DNA of 38,365 nt. It comes from Alphaproteobacteria bacterium. Lineage in GTDB: Bacteria; Pseudomonadota; Alphaproteobacteria; GCA-2746255. A model generated the notes under the pieces. It ran no database searches. It was not told where the DNA came from and worked only from the letters and a program-made list of their open reading frames with translations. The position numbers were made by a program, and so were the translations under genes. This document shows positions 17,985 to 26,088 of this stretch, piece by piece (the stretch's first letter is position 1; each line of letters opens with the position of its first letter). The DNA is taken from positions 1 through 38,365 of the forward strand of contig JAJFGH010000097.1 of the NCBI GenBank assembly GCA_021776275.1, given 5' to 3'.

Positions 17985-19787
17985 ATGAACCGACAGCAGC
18001 GCCGACAGCAGGCCCGCCAATCGCGGCAAAAGGAAAGCCAGCCCCAGGGCGGCGACGGCTTTTCGGACCAGCGCCTGGACGACGCGCTTCGCCTGCATCA
18101 GCGCGGCGAGTTGGAGCGGGCGGAGGCGATTTACCGAAACGTGCTGCGCCAGCAGCCGGATCATCCGGACGCGCTGCATCTTCTTGGCGTTCTCCGTCAC
18201 CAGCGCGGCGCCAGCGAGGAAGCCCTTGGCCATATCGAACGCTCCCTTGCGGCGAAACCGAAATCGCCGGACGCCACCTACAACCTTGCCGACGTCCTGC
18301 TTTCCCTGGGAAGAACGGCGGAAGCCATTCAGCATTTTCAGAGCGCCCTTTCGCTGCGCGCCGATTTTCCCGAAGCGCAGATCAGCCTGGGCGTTGCCTA
18401 CCGCGCCGCTGGCGACATGGAAAAGGCTCTCGACCAGCTTCGCGAAGCGGCGGCAAAACATCCGGATTATGCCGAAGCCCATTACAACCTTGGCGATACG
18501 CTGCGCATTCAGAACGATTTTACCGGTGCCAAGGCCGCCTTTGAAAAGGCACTGGAAGTTCGCGCCGATTTTTCCGAGGCCGAAAACAACCTCGCCACCA
18601 TCTTGCGAAACGAAGGCGACATCGAAGGCGCCGCCCGGCATATCGAAAACGCGCTTCGCATCAACCCCGACTTCGCCGAGGCCCACAACAACCTTGGCAA
18701 TATCCGAAAGTCGGAAGGCGCCATCGAGGACGCAATCCCGCATTTTGAACAAGCGGTTCGTTTGCGCCCCGATTTTACCGAAGCCCATTACAATCTGGGC
18801 AATGCCTATCTGGCGACGGGCCGGGTCGACGCGTCCGCCGATGCCTTCAAGAAGGCGCTTGTTCTAAACCCGGATCTTGAAAACGCGCGCGGCGGCCTTT
18901 CCGAGGCCCAGCAACGCCAGGTGCCGCGCTGGCATTTTGCCATGATGAACGACCGCGCCCGCAACGAGGCGTACGATCAGGCCATTCGGAAAAGCGTGAC
19001 GGAAAATGCCACCGTTCTAGACATCGGCGCGGGCGGCGGCCTGCTTTCGATGATGGCCGCGCGCGCCGGCGCAAAGCATGTCTATGGGTGCGAAACCGTA
19101 ACGCCGATCGCAGACATGGCCACCCGCATCGCCGCCGAAAACGGCCTGGCCGAGCGCATCACCATCCTGCCAAAACATTCCTACAGCCTGAAAATGGGCG
19201 AGGATTTGCCCGAGCCCGCCGATCTGCTGGTGACGGAATTGTTAAACGCCGGTTTTCTTGGCGAGGGAATCTTGCAGGTGATCCAGCATGCGCGTGCGAA
19301 TTTGTTGAAGCCCGACGCAAAGATCGTCCCGAGGGGCGGCACGGTTTATGCCATGTTGATCGAAAGCGCAGAATTGGTTGAAGAAGACCGGGTCAACGAC
19401 GCCGCCGGATTCAACGTGCGCCCCTTCAACGAATTCGCAAGCGCCGAATATCTGACAAAGCGCCTGAACGCCTACCCCCACAAAATTCTTTCCGACTCGG
19501 CGGAAGTCTTTTCCTTCGACTTTCTGGACGCCCGGCCAATGCCCGAAACGAAGGAAATTTTGGTCCCGGTCACCGCCGACGGGCTTTGCCACGGGGTGTT
19601 GTTATGGTTCCGGCTGAACCTGACGGACGAAATTTCCCTGGAAACGAAGCCGCGCGCCGAAGACACCCATTGGCACCAGGCAATTTATCTCGAAGAAACG
19701 CCAAGGCCGTTGCACAAAGGCGAGAACGCCCGCCTTTCGGCGAGCCATGACTGCCGTTACATCTCGTTGAAACTGGCATCTGACTAA
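17985..19787 (+). CDS. TPR-repeat protein fused to a PRMT-like (protein arginine methyltransferase) domain
   Basis: About 8 TPRs (AEAHYNLG repeats), then RWHFAMMNDRARNEAY, VLDIGAGGGLLSMMAARAGA, VYGCE, DLLVTELLNAGFLGE, LLKPDAKIVP, HGVLLWF, THWHQ. RBS GAGGA. Confidence 0.85.
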   Translation: MNRQQRRQQARQSRQKESQPQGGDGFSDQRLDDALRLHQRGELERAEAIYRNVLRQQPDHPDALHLLGVLRHQRGASEEALGHIERSLAAKPKSPDATYNLADVLLSLGRTAEAIQHFQSALSLRADFPEAQISLGVAYRAAGDMEKALDQLREAAAKHPDYAEAHYNLGDTLRIQNDFTGAKAAFEKALEVRADFSEAENNLATILRNEGDIEGAARHIENALRINPDFAEAHNNLGNIRKSEGAIEDAIPHFEQAVRLRPDFTEAHYNLGNAYLATGRVDASADAFKKALVLNPDLENARGGLSEAQQRQVPRWHFAMMNDRARNEAYDQAIRKSVTENATVLDIGAGGGLLSMMAARAGAKHVYGCETVTPIADMATRIAAENGLAERITILPKHSYSLKMGEDLPEPADLLVTELLNAGFLGEGILQVIQHARANLLKPDAKIVPRGGTVYAMLIESAELVEEDRVNDAAGFNVRPFNEFASAEYLTKRLNAYPHKILSDSAEVFSFDFLDARPMPETKEILVPVTADGLCHGVLLWFRLNLTDEISLETKPRAEDTHWHQAIYLEETPRPLHKGENARLSASHDCRYISLKLASD

Positions 19788-19805
19788 CGGCGGACCGCCG
19801 CCACC

Positions 19806-20636
19806 TCAGACAATGTCGCGCAAGCGCGCAAGCGCGTCTTCGCAAGTGGCATAGCGAAGGCGATAGCACGTGCCCGCTTTTGCGATCTGCAAAAGCCGGC
19901 TTACCTTTGCTTCCGCATCGATGCTTTGGGTAAAATTTCGCCGCATCAAATCGCGCAGCACGTCGCTTTTACCGATCGGCTCAAGGGAAGCAGCGCCGCG
20001 CTCGACGCGCTCGGGCAGCACGATTGCCGCAATCGGCGCCGTCGCGCCAAAACGGGCCATCTCGCCGGGCCGGAGCCCGACAAATTTTCCGTAACCATTG
20101 CCAAGCACGTCGCGATCATCGAGAAAGGCGCGAAAGCCCGCCGTCACATTCGCGGGCAATGGCAGGCGGAGTCTGGGCGCCACGCCCAAGGAAACACCAA
20201 GCCCCGCATCGTCTTGAATGGCCAGCACATCGTCGGTGAAAAGAAGCGCGCCCGCCGCCGCGCCATGAACCGCCAGGGTGCTTTTTCCCGCCTTGCCGCT
20301 GGCCGGAAAGACGAAAAGGCCGTCTCCCATTTTCAGCGCCGCCGCATGAATACAGAGCAGCTCGGGATTGGCGGCAATGAAGGCGGTGTAAAGCTCGGCG
20401 AAAAAACCCGCGATGGCCTCGTAGCGATCCACATAATCATGGGACGTAAAATGATGGACACGGGTTTCGACGCGGTACCCTGTCTGGGTCCGCGCAAGGG
20501 TCAGGACCGAATCCGGCGCTGCCGTCTCCAAAATTGCGTGGGGCCAGGTTGAAATTGGCGGGCACAGAAAGGGAAGAAGCGGATCGCACCCTAAAATGGA
20601 AACGGGCGCGGGCACCCCTTCAAAGCGAAACAGCAT
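19806..20636 (-). CDS. HPrK-related (HPr-rel) serine kinase
   Basis: CIHAAAL, Walker A ASGKAGKST, LFTDD di-aspartate: the HPrK/PEPCK fold signature. The flanking segments differ from canonical HprK. Confidence 0.8.
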   Translation of the reverse strand: MLFRFEGVPAPVSILGCDPLLPFLCPPISTWPHAILETAAPDSVLTLARTQTGYRVETRVHHFTSHDYVDRYEAIAGFFAELYTAFIAANPELLCIHAAALKMGDGLFVFPASGKAGKSTLAVHGAAAGALLFTDDVLAIQDDAGLGVSLGVAPRLRLPLPANVTAGFRAFLDDRDVLGNGYGKFVGLRPGEMARFGATAPIAAIVLPERVERGAASLEPIGKSDVLRDLMRRNFTQSIDAEAKVSRLLQIAKAGTCYRLRYATCEDALARLRDIV

Positions 20637-20677
20637 GATGGGTCAAAACCAGAGCGCGCCGACGATGGAAAACGCGA

Positions 20678-20959
20678 TCAGCTTGGCCGCGATGGCCTGC
20701 TTGGGCCGGAGGGCCCGCTTGGGCCACTCGGTCCACTCGGGCCGGAGGGCCCGCTTGGACGGGAGGGCCGCGTCGGCCCGCTTGGGCAGGGGCCGCCTTT
20801 GCCTTTGCCCTTGCCGCAGGGAGAAGGCTTGATCTTCGCCATGGCGCTGCCATCAAGATGCAGCAGCACCGGCGCCGTATATGCGATGGCCGCGCCAATT
20901 CCAAGACGGGTCAGCGCCTTGCGGCGGTTTACGATTTTTTCTTTCGAGATTTGGCCCAT
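20678..20959 (-). CDS. Small Tat-signal / RiPP-precursor-like peptide with a Pro-Ser triplet repeat tail
   Basis: NRRKAL twin-Arg, hydrophobic LGIGAAIAYTAPVLL, SAMA cleavage site, then KIKPSPCGKGKGKGGPCPSGPT(RPS)2(GPS)6(RPS)2-stop. RBS AAGGGA. Start ATG 20959 or TTG 20965. Confidence 0.8.
   Translation of the reverse strand: MGQISKEKIVNRRKALTRLGIGAAIAYTAPVLLHLDGSAMAKIKPSPCGKGKGKGGPCPSGPTRPSRPSGPSGPSGPSGPSGPSGPSRPSRPS
20681..20788 (-). repeat. Twelve 9 bp degenerate coding repeats (x-Pro-Ser/Thr)
   Basis: Codons read one by one; synonymous codons vary between units while the amino acid pattern is strict. Confidence 0.9.
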
Positions 20960-21120
20960 CTTCAATCTATCCCTTGTCCGAACCCGGCCTGCTTACGAAA
21001 GGTGGCGCCGGCCCGGCCTTTTTTCAAGGCCCCTAAAGCATAGGCCGTTTCGGGCATGAAGAAAAGTTTTGCCGCGAAATTTGGATTTTCCAACAGGAAT
21101 ATCAAATGGTTAAGTAGATA

Positions 21121-22245
21121 TTACGGCGCCGCCTTCACCAGCGCGTAGACCAGCTCGATGACCGGCGCGCCATATTCGCGCCGCAGTACCTCCTCCCCCG
21201 CCGCCGCGATCGAAAGACGATCCTGGATCACGCCGGGCAGGTAATCCGGATGGTGCGCGTACCGGCCGGACGCCTGCAAGGCAAAGCCGGGCGCCTGCCC
21301 CTTTTCAAGGCTTAGCAGAAAAAATCCGCCCGGCCGCAGCGCATCGGTCGCCGCCGCCATCACGGGCGCGAGGTCGCCTATATAGACGAGGGAATCGCAA
21401 GCGATCATAAGGTCGAAGCATCCGGCCGGCATGCCGGCCAGAAAGGCCGTCGCCTCGGCGAGGTGCAGTTGCTCATAAACGGCGAGCGCTTTTGCCTGCG
21501 CAAGCATTTTCGGCGAAAGGTCTACGCCCGCCAGGCTTTTGGCAAGCCCTCGAAATTTTTTTCCGGCCAGGCCCGTGCCGCAACCGATATCGAGAATGTC
21601 AAAACGGGTTTTCCGCTTGCCGATCGCACGCTTGGCATAATCGAAGAGAACGTCCGGCCCGCAATAATCCAGGTCTTTGCAAAGATGCGTGTCAAAGGTG
21701 CCGGCATAATTGTCGAAATAATGCTTCACATAGGCTTCCGGTGCGCGCGACGGGGCGTCGGCGCCGCCAAGGGCGGCGATCATGTAGCGCGCATCGCCGT
21801 CCCGCGGATCAAGCTCCAGACAGCGGCGGTAACAGCGCAGCACATCTTCCGGACGCTTTAGGTAACTGTAGCTTTCGCCAAGCCGCCAATGGGCCTTCCG
21901 GTAATCCGGCTGCAACGCGATCGCGCGCTCAAAGAAAGAGGCCGCGCGCCCATGCTCGCCCTCCGACGCCAGCGCCTTTCCAATCGCATAGGCGTTCTCC
22001 GCCTCCAGCGCCATCCGTTGACAATGGGTGGCGGACGCCCCTTCCCCGTCGCCTTCCGCCTCCAACAATGCTTCCAACCCCTCCAACGCGGCGAGGTGCT
22101 GGGGCATGGCCTGTAAAAGTTCGCGATAAAGGGCAATTGCCCGCTTCGGCCGGCCAGCTTTTCGGTGCTGTTCGGCAAGATGGTAGAGGCGCGTTGCCGC
22201 CGCGGTCGCCCCGCCCGCTTTTCCCGAGGTAGCCCTTGACGCCAT
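21121..22245 (-). CDS. TPR-repeat SAM-dependent methyltransferase (COG4976-like)
   Basis: N-terminal TPRs, then APEAYVKHYFDNYAGTFDTHL, LDIGCGTGLAG, GVDLSPKML, DSLVYIGDL, SGRYAH. RBS GAGGGG. Confidence 0.88.
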   Translation of the reverse strand: MASRATSGKAGGATAAATRLYHLAEQHRKAGRPKRAIALYRELLQAMPQHLAALEGLEALLEAEGDGEGASATHCQRMALEAENAYAIGKALASEGEHGRAASFFERAIALQPDYRKAHWRLGESYSYLKRPEDVLRCYRRCLELDPRDGDARYMIAALGGADAPSRAPEAYVKHYFDNYAGTFDTHLCKDLDYCGPDVLFDYAKRAIGKRKTRFDILDIGCGTGLAGKKFRGLAKSLAGVDLSPKMLAQAKALAVYEQLHLAEATAFLAGMPAGCFDLMIACDSLVYIGDLAPVMAAATDALRPGGFFLLSLEKGQAPGFALQASGRYAHHPDYLPGVIQDRLSIAAAGEEVLRREYGAPVIELVYALVKAAP

Positions 22246-22264
22246 CGGCGCCCCCTCGCTTTTC

Positions 22265-23740
22265 CTATTTCGCGATCCGGGTGATGGTGGCGCTGGTGCT
22301 CTGACCGGGAACAATTTCGGCCAACAGAATTTGGCCGCCATAGCTTTTCACAAAATCCCCGCCGACCACTTCGTCCTCCCGGTAATCCGCCCCCTTTACC
22401 AGCACGTCCGGGCGAAGCGCCTTCAAAAGGCGCACGGGCGTGTCCTCCGTAAAGATGACGACGAGATCCACGTCGGCGATCGAGGCCAGCACCGTCGCCC
22501 GGGCCATTTCCGCCTGCACCGGCCGTTCGGGCCCTTTCAGGCGCGCAACCGAGGCGTCGCTGTTCAGGCCGATGATCAGCCGGTCGCACGCCGCTTTTGC
22601 CTGACGCAGCAGCGCGACGTGGCCCGGATGCAGCAAATCGAAACAGCCATTCGTAAAGCCGATGCGAAAGCCCTGCCGCCGCCAGCGCGCGACGGCGTCG
22701 TTCGCCTGTTCCAGTGAAACGCAGGCATCGGCGCTTTCAAGCAAATCGCGCTCGTGCAGCCCCGCGACAAGATCGTCCGGATGGACGACGGCGGTGCCCA
22801 CTTTTCCGACAACGATGCCGGCGGCAACGTTCGCAAGATAGGCCGCGTCTGAAATGGAGGCGCCGCCAGCAAGGGCGGTGGCAAGGGTGGCCAGCACCGT
22901 GTCGCCGGCTCCGGAAACGTCGAAGACTTCGCGCGCCCGCGCCGACAGATGCAGCGCCTCTTTTCCTTTCGTCACCAGCGTCATGCCAGCAGCGCTTCGC
23001 GTAACCAGAATGGCGTTCACGCCGACGGCTTTCAGTAATTTTTCCGCCGCCGCGACGATCTCTTCATCCGTTGCAACCGGCAACAAGGTCGCCTCGTGCA
23101 ATTCGCGCAAATTTGGCGTCAGCAGCGTTGCCCCACGGTAGCGGTCGTAGTCGAAACCCTTCGGATCGATGACAACCGGCACCTTCGCTTTTTTGGCCAG
23201 GTCAAGGATACGCTTTGCCATGTCTCCGACCAGAAGCCCTTTGCCGTAATCGGAAAGCAGCAAAACATCCGCCGCCTGAAGCGCCTCTTCGATACCACCG
23301 AGAAGTTTTCCGCGCGCCAAATCGCCAAGGGAAACCAACGTCTCGTGATCGGCCCGCAGAAGCTGCTGGCTTGCCGCGACAAAACGGTTCTTGATCGTCG
23401 TCCGGCGGCCTTCCTCGATGACGACGCCGTCATTGGCGGAACCCGATGCGTGGACAAGTTCGCGCAGCTCGTTTCCGGCCGCGTCGTTGCCGACGACCGA
23501 AAAGAAACGCACCTCTGCCCCATATGCCAAGAGATTGCGGAGCACGTTCCCGGCACCGCCAAGAACCGTCGTTTCGCGGCACACATGCAGCACCGGGATG
23601 GGCGCTTCCGGCGAGACGCGCTCGACATCGCCATAAACGAAGCGATCAAGCATGACGTCGCCAACGCAGACCACGCGGGCACCGCGAAAAGATTCCACTT
23701 CGGCTGCGAAGGCAGGCGCGTCACCCGTTTCCTTGCTCAT
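22265..23740 (-). CDS. hldE: Bifunctional heptose-7-phosphate kinase / heptose-1-phosphate adenylyltransferase
   Basis: GDVMLDRF, RVSPEAPIPV, SDYGKG, DVSGAGDT (PfkB) plus FTNGCFDLLHPGH, LVKGADY, STSATI. Confidence 0.96.
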   Translation of the reverse strand: MSKETGDAPAFAAEVESFRGARVVCVGDVMLDRFVYGDVERVSPEAPIPVLHVCRETTVLGGAGNVLRNLLAYGAEVRFFSVVGNDAAGNELRELVHASGSANDGVVIEEGRRTTIKNRFVAASQQLLRADHETLVSLGDLARGKLLGGIEEALQAADVLLLSDYGKGLLVGDMAKRILDLAKKAKVPVVIDPKGFDYDRYRGATLLTPNLRELHEATLLPVATDEEIVAAAEKLLKAVGVNAILVTRSAAGMTLVTKGKEALHLSARAREVFDVSGAGDTVLATLATALAGGASISDAAYLANVAAGIVVGKVGTAVVHPDDLVAGLHERDLLESADACVSLEQANDAVARWRRQGFRIGFTNGCFDLLHPGHVALLRQAKAACDRLIIGLNSDASVARLKGPERPVQAEMARATVLASIADVDLVVIFTEDTPVRLLKALRPDVLVKGADYREDEVVGGDFVKSYGGQILLAEIVPGQSTSATITRIAK

Positions 23741-23744
23741 CTTC

Positions 23745-24338
23745 CTACTCCTCGACGAGGCCGAGTTCCTGCTCCAACGCTGCGCACAGCATATGGCCAA
23801 GCATAATATGCATTTCCTGAATGCGCGACGTACGGTCGCTTGGGACAAGCAACAAGGGATCGGCCAGCCCCTTCAATTTGCCCCCGCCCTTGCCGCCGAA
23901 CGCCGCCGCGACAAGGCCCATCTCCCTGGCTTGCTCCAGGCCGAGCAGGACGTTTTTGCTTTGGCCGGAGGTGCTGATCCCGATAGCGACGTCGCCCGGC
24001 TTGCCGAGCGCCTCCACCTGGCGCGCAAAAAGCGCATCGAAGCCAAGGTCGTTGCCGATCGCCGTCAGCGCCGAGCTGTCCGTCGTCAGCGCGATCGCGG
24101 CAATGGCCTTGCGATTTTTCGAAAAGCGGACGACCAATTCCGTCGCCAGATGCTGGGCATCAGAGGCGCTGCCGCCATTGCCGAAGAAGAGAAGCTTGCC
24201 ACCTTCGCGGATCGCTTGCGCCGAGCGTTCGAGCAGGCTGCAAAAGGCCGCAGAAAGGGCTTGTTCCGTCGCCGCGGCGGTCGCGGCATGCTCGGCGAAT
24301 TCCGCCGCATAGAAGGCGTTTAAATCGAGTTTTATCAT
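23745..24338 (-). CDS. gmhA: D-sedoheptulose-7-phosphate isomerase
   Basis: GNGGSASDAQH, LTAIGND, FARQVEAL, ISTSGQS, RIQEMHI; ATGA overlap with the upstream gene. Confidence 0.95.
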   Translation of the reverse strand: MIKLDLNAFYAAEFAEHAATAAATEQALSAAFCSLLERSAQAIREGGKLLFFGNGGSASDAQHLATELVVRFSKNRKAIAAIALTTDSSALTAIGNDLGFDALFARQVEALGKPGDVAIGISTSGQSKNVLLGLEQAREMGLVAAAFGGKGGGKLKGLADPLLLVPSDRTSRIQEMHIMLGHMLCAALEQELGLVEE

Positions 24339-25099
24339 GAGCTGAAACGTCCACTCCCCGGTCCCGTTTTGGAAAAAAGAGTGTACCAGATAAAGAGGCT
24401 GTTCGTGACCAGATAGCGCTTCCAAAGGCGCCCCGGCTCCGCGCACAACCGAAACAGCCATTCCAGGCCGGCCGCCTGCATCCAGTGCGGGGCGCGGCGG
24501 ACCGTGCCGGCGAGAAAATCAAAGGCGGCGCCGACGCCCACCAGGACGCCCGTGAGATGGGGCGCGTAGGCCGCCATCCAATATTCCTGCTTCGGACAGC
24601 CAAGGCCGACAAAGACCAGACCGGCGCCCGTGGCGTTGATGCGGGCAACCGTCTCGGCGTCTACCGCCGGCTCAAGGGGCAGCGCCGGCGGCGCCTCGAT
24701 ACCGGCAATCCGGAGCGTGGGAAAATGCATTTCCAACACCTGGCGCAACGCCGCCGCCGTCGCGGCATTGCCGCCGAAAAAATAAACCGGCACCGCCGCC
24801 GCCGCGGCTTTTGCCAACAGGCGCGCCGTCAAATCGGGTCCGGCGACGCGGCCCGCCTCGCCATAGCCTTGGCGCCGCAAGGCCCAGACCAGGGGCATGC
24901 CGTCGCTGGTTACCCAAAACGCGCCCTCCATGGCGGCCCGCAGGCGGCTGTCCTTTCTTGCCGTCGTCACCATGTGCACATTGGCGACGCAGACATAGCC
25001 GCCTTTCCCCGCCTTGGCCGCCTCCAGAATCGTTTCCGTGGCACCGGCAAGGTTCCCCACCGTCACCGGCGCCCCGACGACGTTTCCCCTAGGCTTCAA
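24335..25099 (-). CDS. WecB/TagA/CpsF family glycosyltransferase
   Basis: ANVHM, DGMPLVW, RVAGPDL, VGLGCPKQE, GVGAAFDF, GLEWLFRL..EPGRLWKRY; TTG start with a GGAGG RBS. Confidence 0.93.
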   Translation of the reverse strand: MKPRGNVVGAPVTVGNLAGATETILEAAKAGKGGYVCVANVHMVTTARKDSRLRAAMEGAFWVTSDGMPLVWALRRQGYGEAGRVAGPDLTARLLAKAAAAAVPVYFFGGNAATAAALRQVLEMHFPTLRIAGIEAPPALPLEPAVDAETVARINATGAGLVFVGLGCPKQEYWMAAYAPHLTGVLVGVGAAFDFLAGTVRRAPHWMQAAGLEWLFRLCAEPGRLWKRYLVTNSLFIWYTLFSKTGPGSGRFSS

Positions 25100-26078
25100 C
25101 GCCGCCCTCCCGGTATTTCCGCTCCCAGTTGAACGCCGTCTCGACGATGAAACGCAAATTGTCGTGTTTTGGCTGCCAGCCAAGGGCCGCCCGGATGCGC
25201 GACGCGTCGGCCACCAGCGCCGGCGGGTCGCCCGCCCGCCTTGGCCCTTCCGCAACGGTGAAATCGATACCGGATACCTGCTTCACCATCGCGACGACCT
25301 CGCGCACGCTGGCCCCATGGCCATAGCCGCAATTGAGAACGAGGCCCTCGCCGCCCGCCGCCAAATGGTCGAGGGCGGCGCGATGGGCCGCCGCCAGATC
25401 CGACACATGAATGTAATCGCGCACACAGGTGCCATCCGGCGTCGCATGGTCGGTGCCGAAAAGTTCAATTTTCGGGCGAACGCCGAGGGCCGCCTGCAAG
25501 GCGAGCGGAACAAGATGGGATTCCGGATCGTGGGCTTCGCCAATCCTGGCCTCCGGGTCCGCCCCGGCGGCATTGAAATAGCGCAGGATGACGCAACGCA
25601 AATCAGATGCGCGGGCCGCGTCCTGCAAAATCCGTTCGCTCATCATCTTGGAAGCGCCGTAAGGATTGATGGGAAGCAGGGCTGCATCTTCGGAAACTTT
25701 TTCCCCCTCCGGCAGGCCATAGACCGCCGCCGTCGAAGAGAAGACAAAATGTTTGACGCCGAAACGGACGCAGCGCGCAACCAGGGCCAGCGTGTTTTGC
25801 GTATTGTTCCGGTAATATTTCAACGGATCGGTAATGGATTCGGCAACTTCGATATGGGCAGCGAAATGCACGACCCCATCGAACGCGTTTTCCTGAAAAA
25901 GCGCGTCCATCGCCGCGTCGTCCGCCAGGTCGGCGACCACCAACCTGCCGGCAAGCACCGCCCAAGGGTGGCCCGCCGAAAGATTGTCGACGACAACCAG
26001 ATCGTGGCCGGCCGCGGCCAGCTCCAAAACCGTATGGCTGCCGATATAGCCCGCGCCGCCCGTTACCAATAGCCGCAT
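25089..26078 (-). CDS. galE: UDP-glucose 4-epimerase
   Basis: VTGGAGYIGSH, FSSTAAVYG, PYGASK, LRYFNAAGA, DGTCVRDYIHV. Confidence 0.95.
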   Translation of the reverse strand: MRLLVTGGAGYIGSHTVLELAAAGHDLVVVDNLSAGHPWAVLAGRLVVADLADDAAMDALFQENAFDGVVHFAAHIEVAESITDPLKYYRNNTQNTLALVARCVRFGVKHFVFSSTAAVYGLPEGEKVSEDAALLPINPYGASKMMSERILQDAARASDLRCVILRYFNAAGADPEARIGEAHDPESHLVPLALQAALGVRPKIELFGTDHATPDGTCVRDYIHVSDLAAAHRAALDHLAAGGEGLVLNCGYGHGASVREVVAMVKQVSGIDFTVAEGPRRAGDPPALVADASRIRAALGWQPKHDNLRFIVETAFNWERKYREGGVEA

Positions 26079-26088
26079 GCTGCTCCCC

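Noticed and set aside
20681-20788. CRISPR array or non-coding VNTR
   Set aside because: The units are 9 bp, degenerate at third codon positions and have no spacers; this is a coding repeat.
19806-20959. Classical lasso peptide cluster
   Set aside because: No asparagine-synthetase-like cyclase or B2 protease is in the window, and the mature peptide has no Asp/Glu for macrolactam formation.
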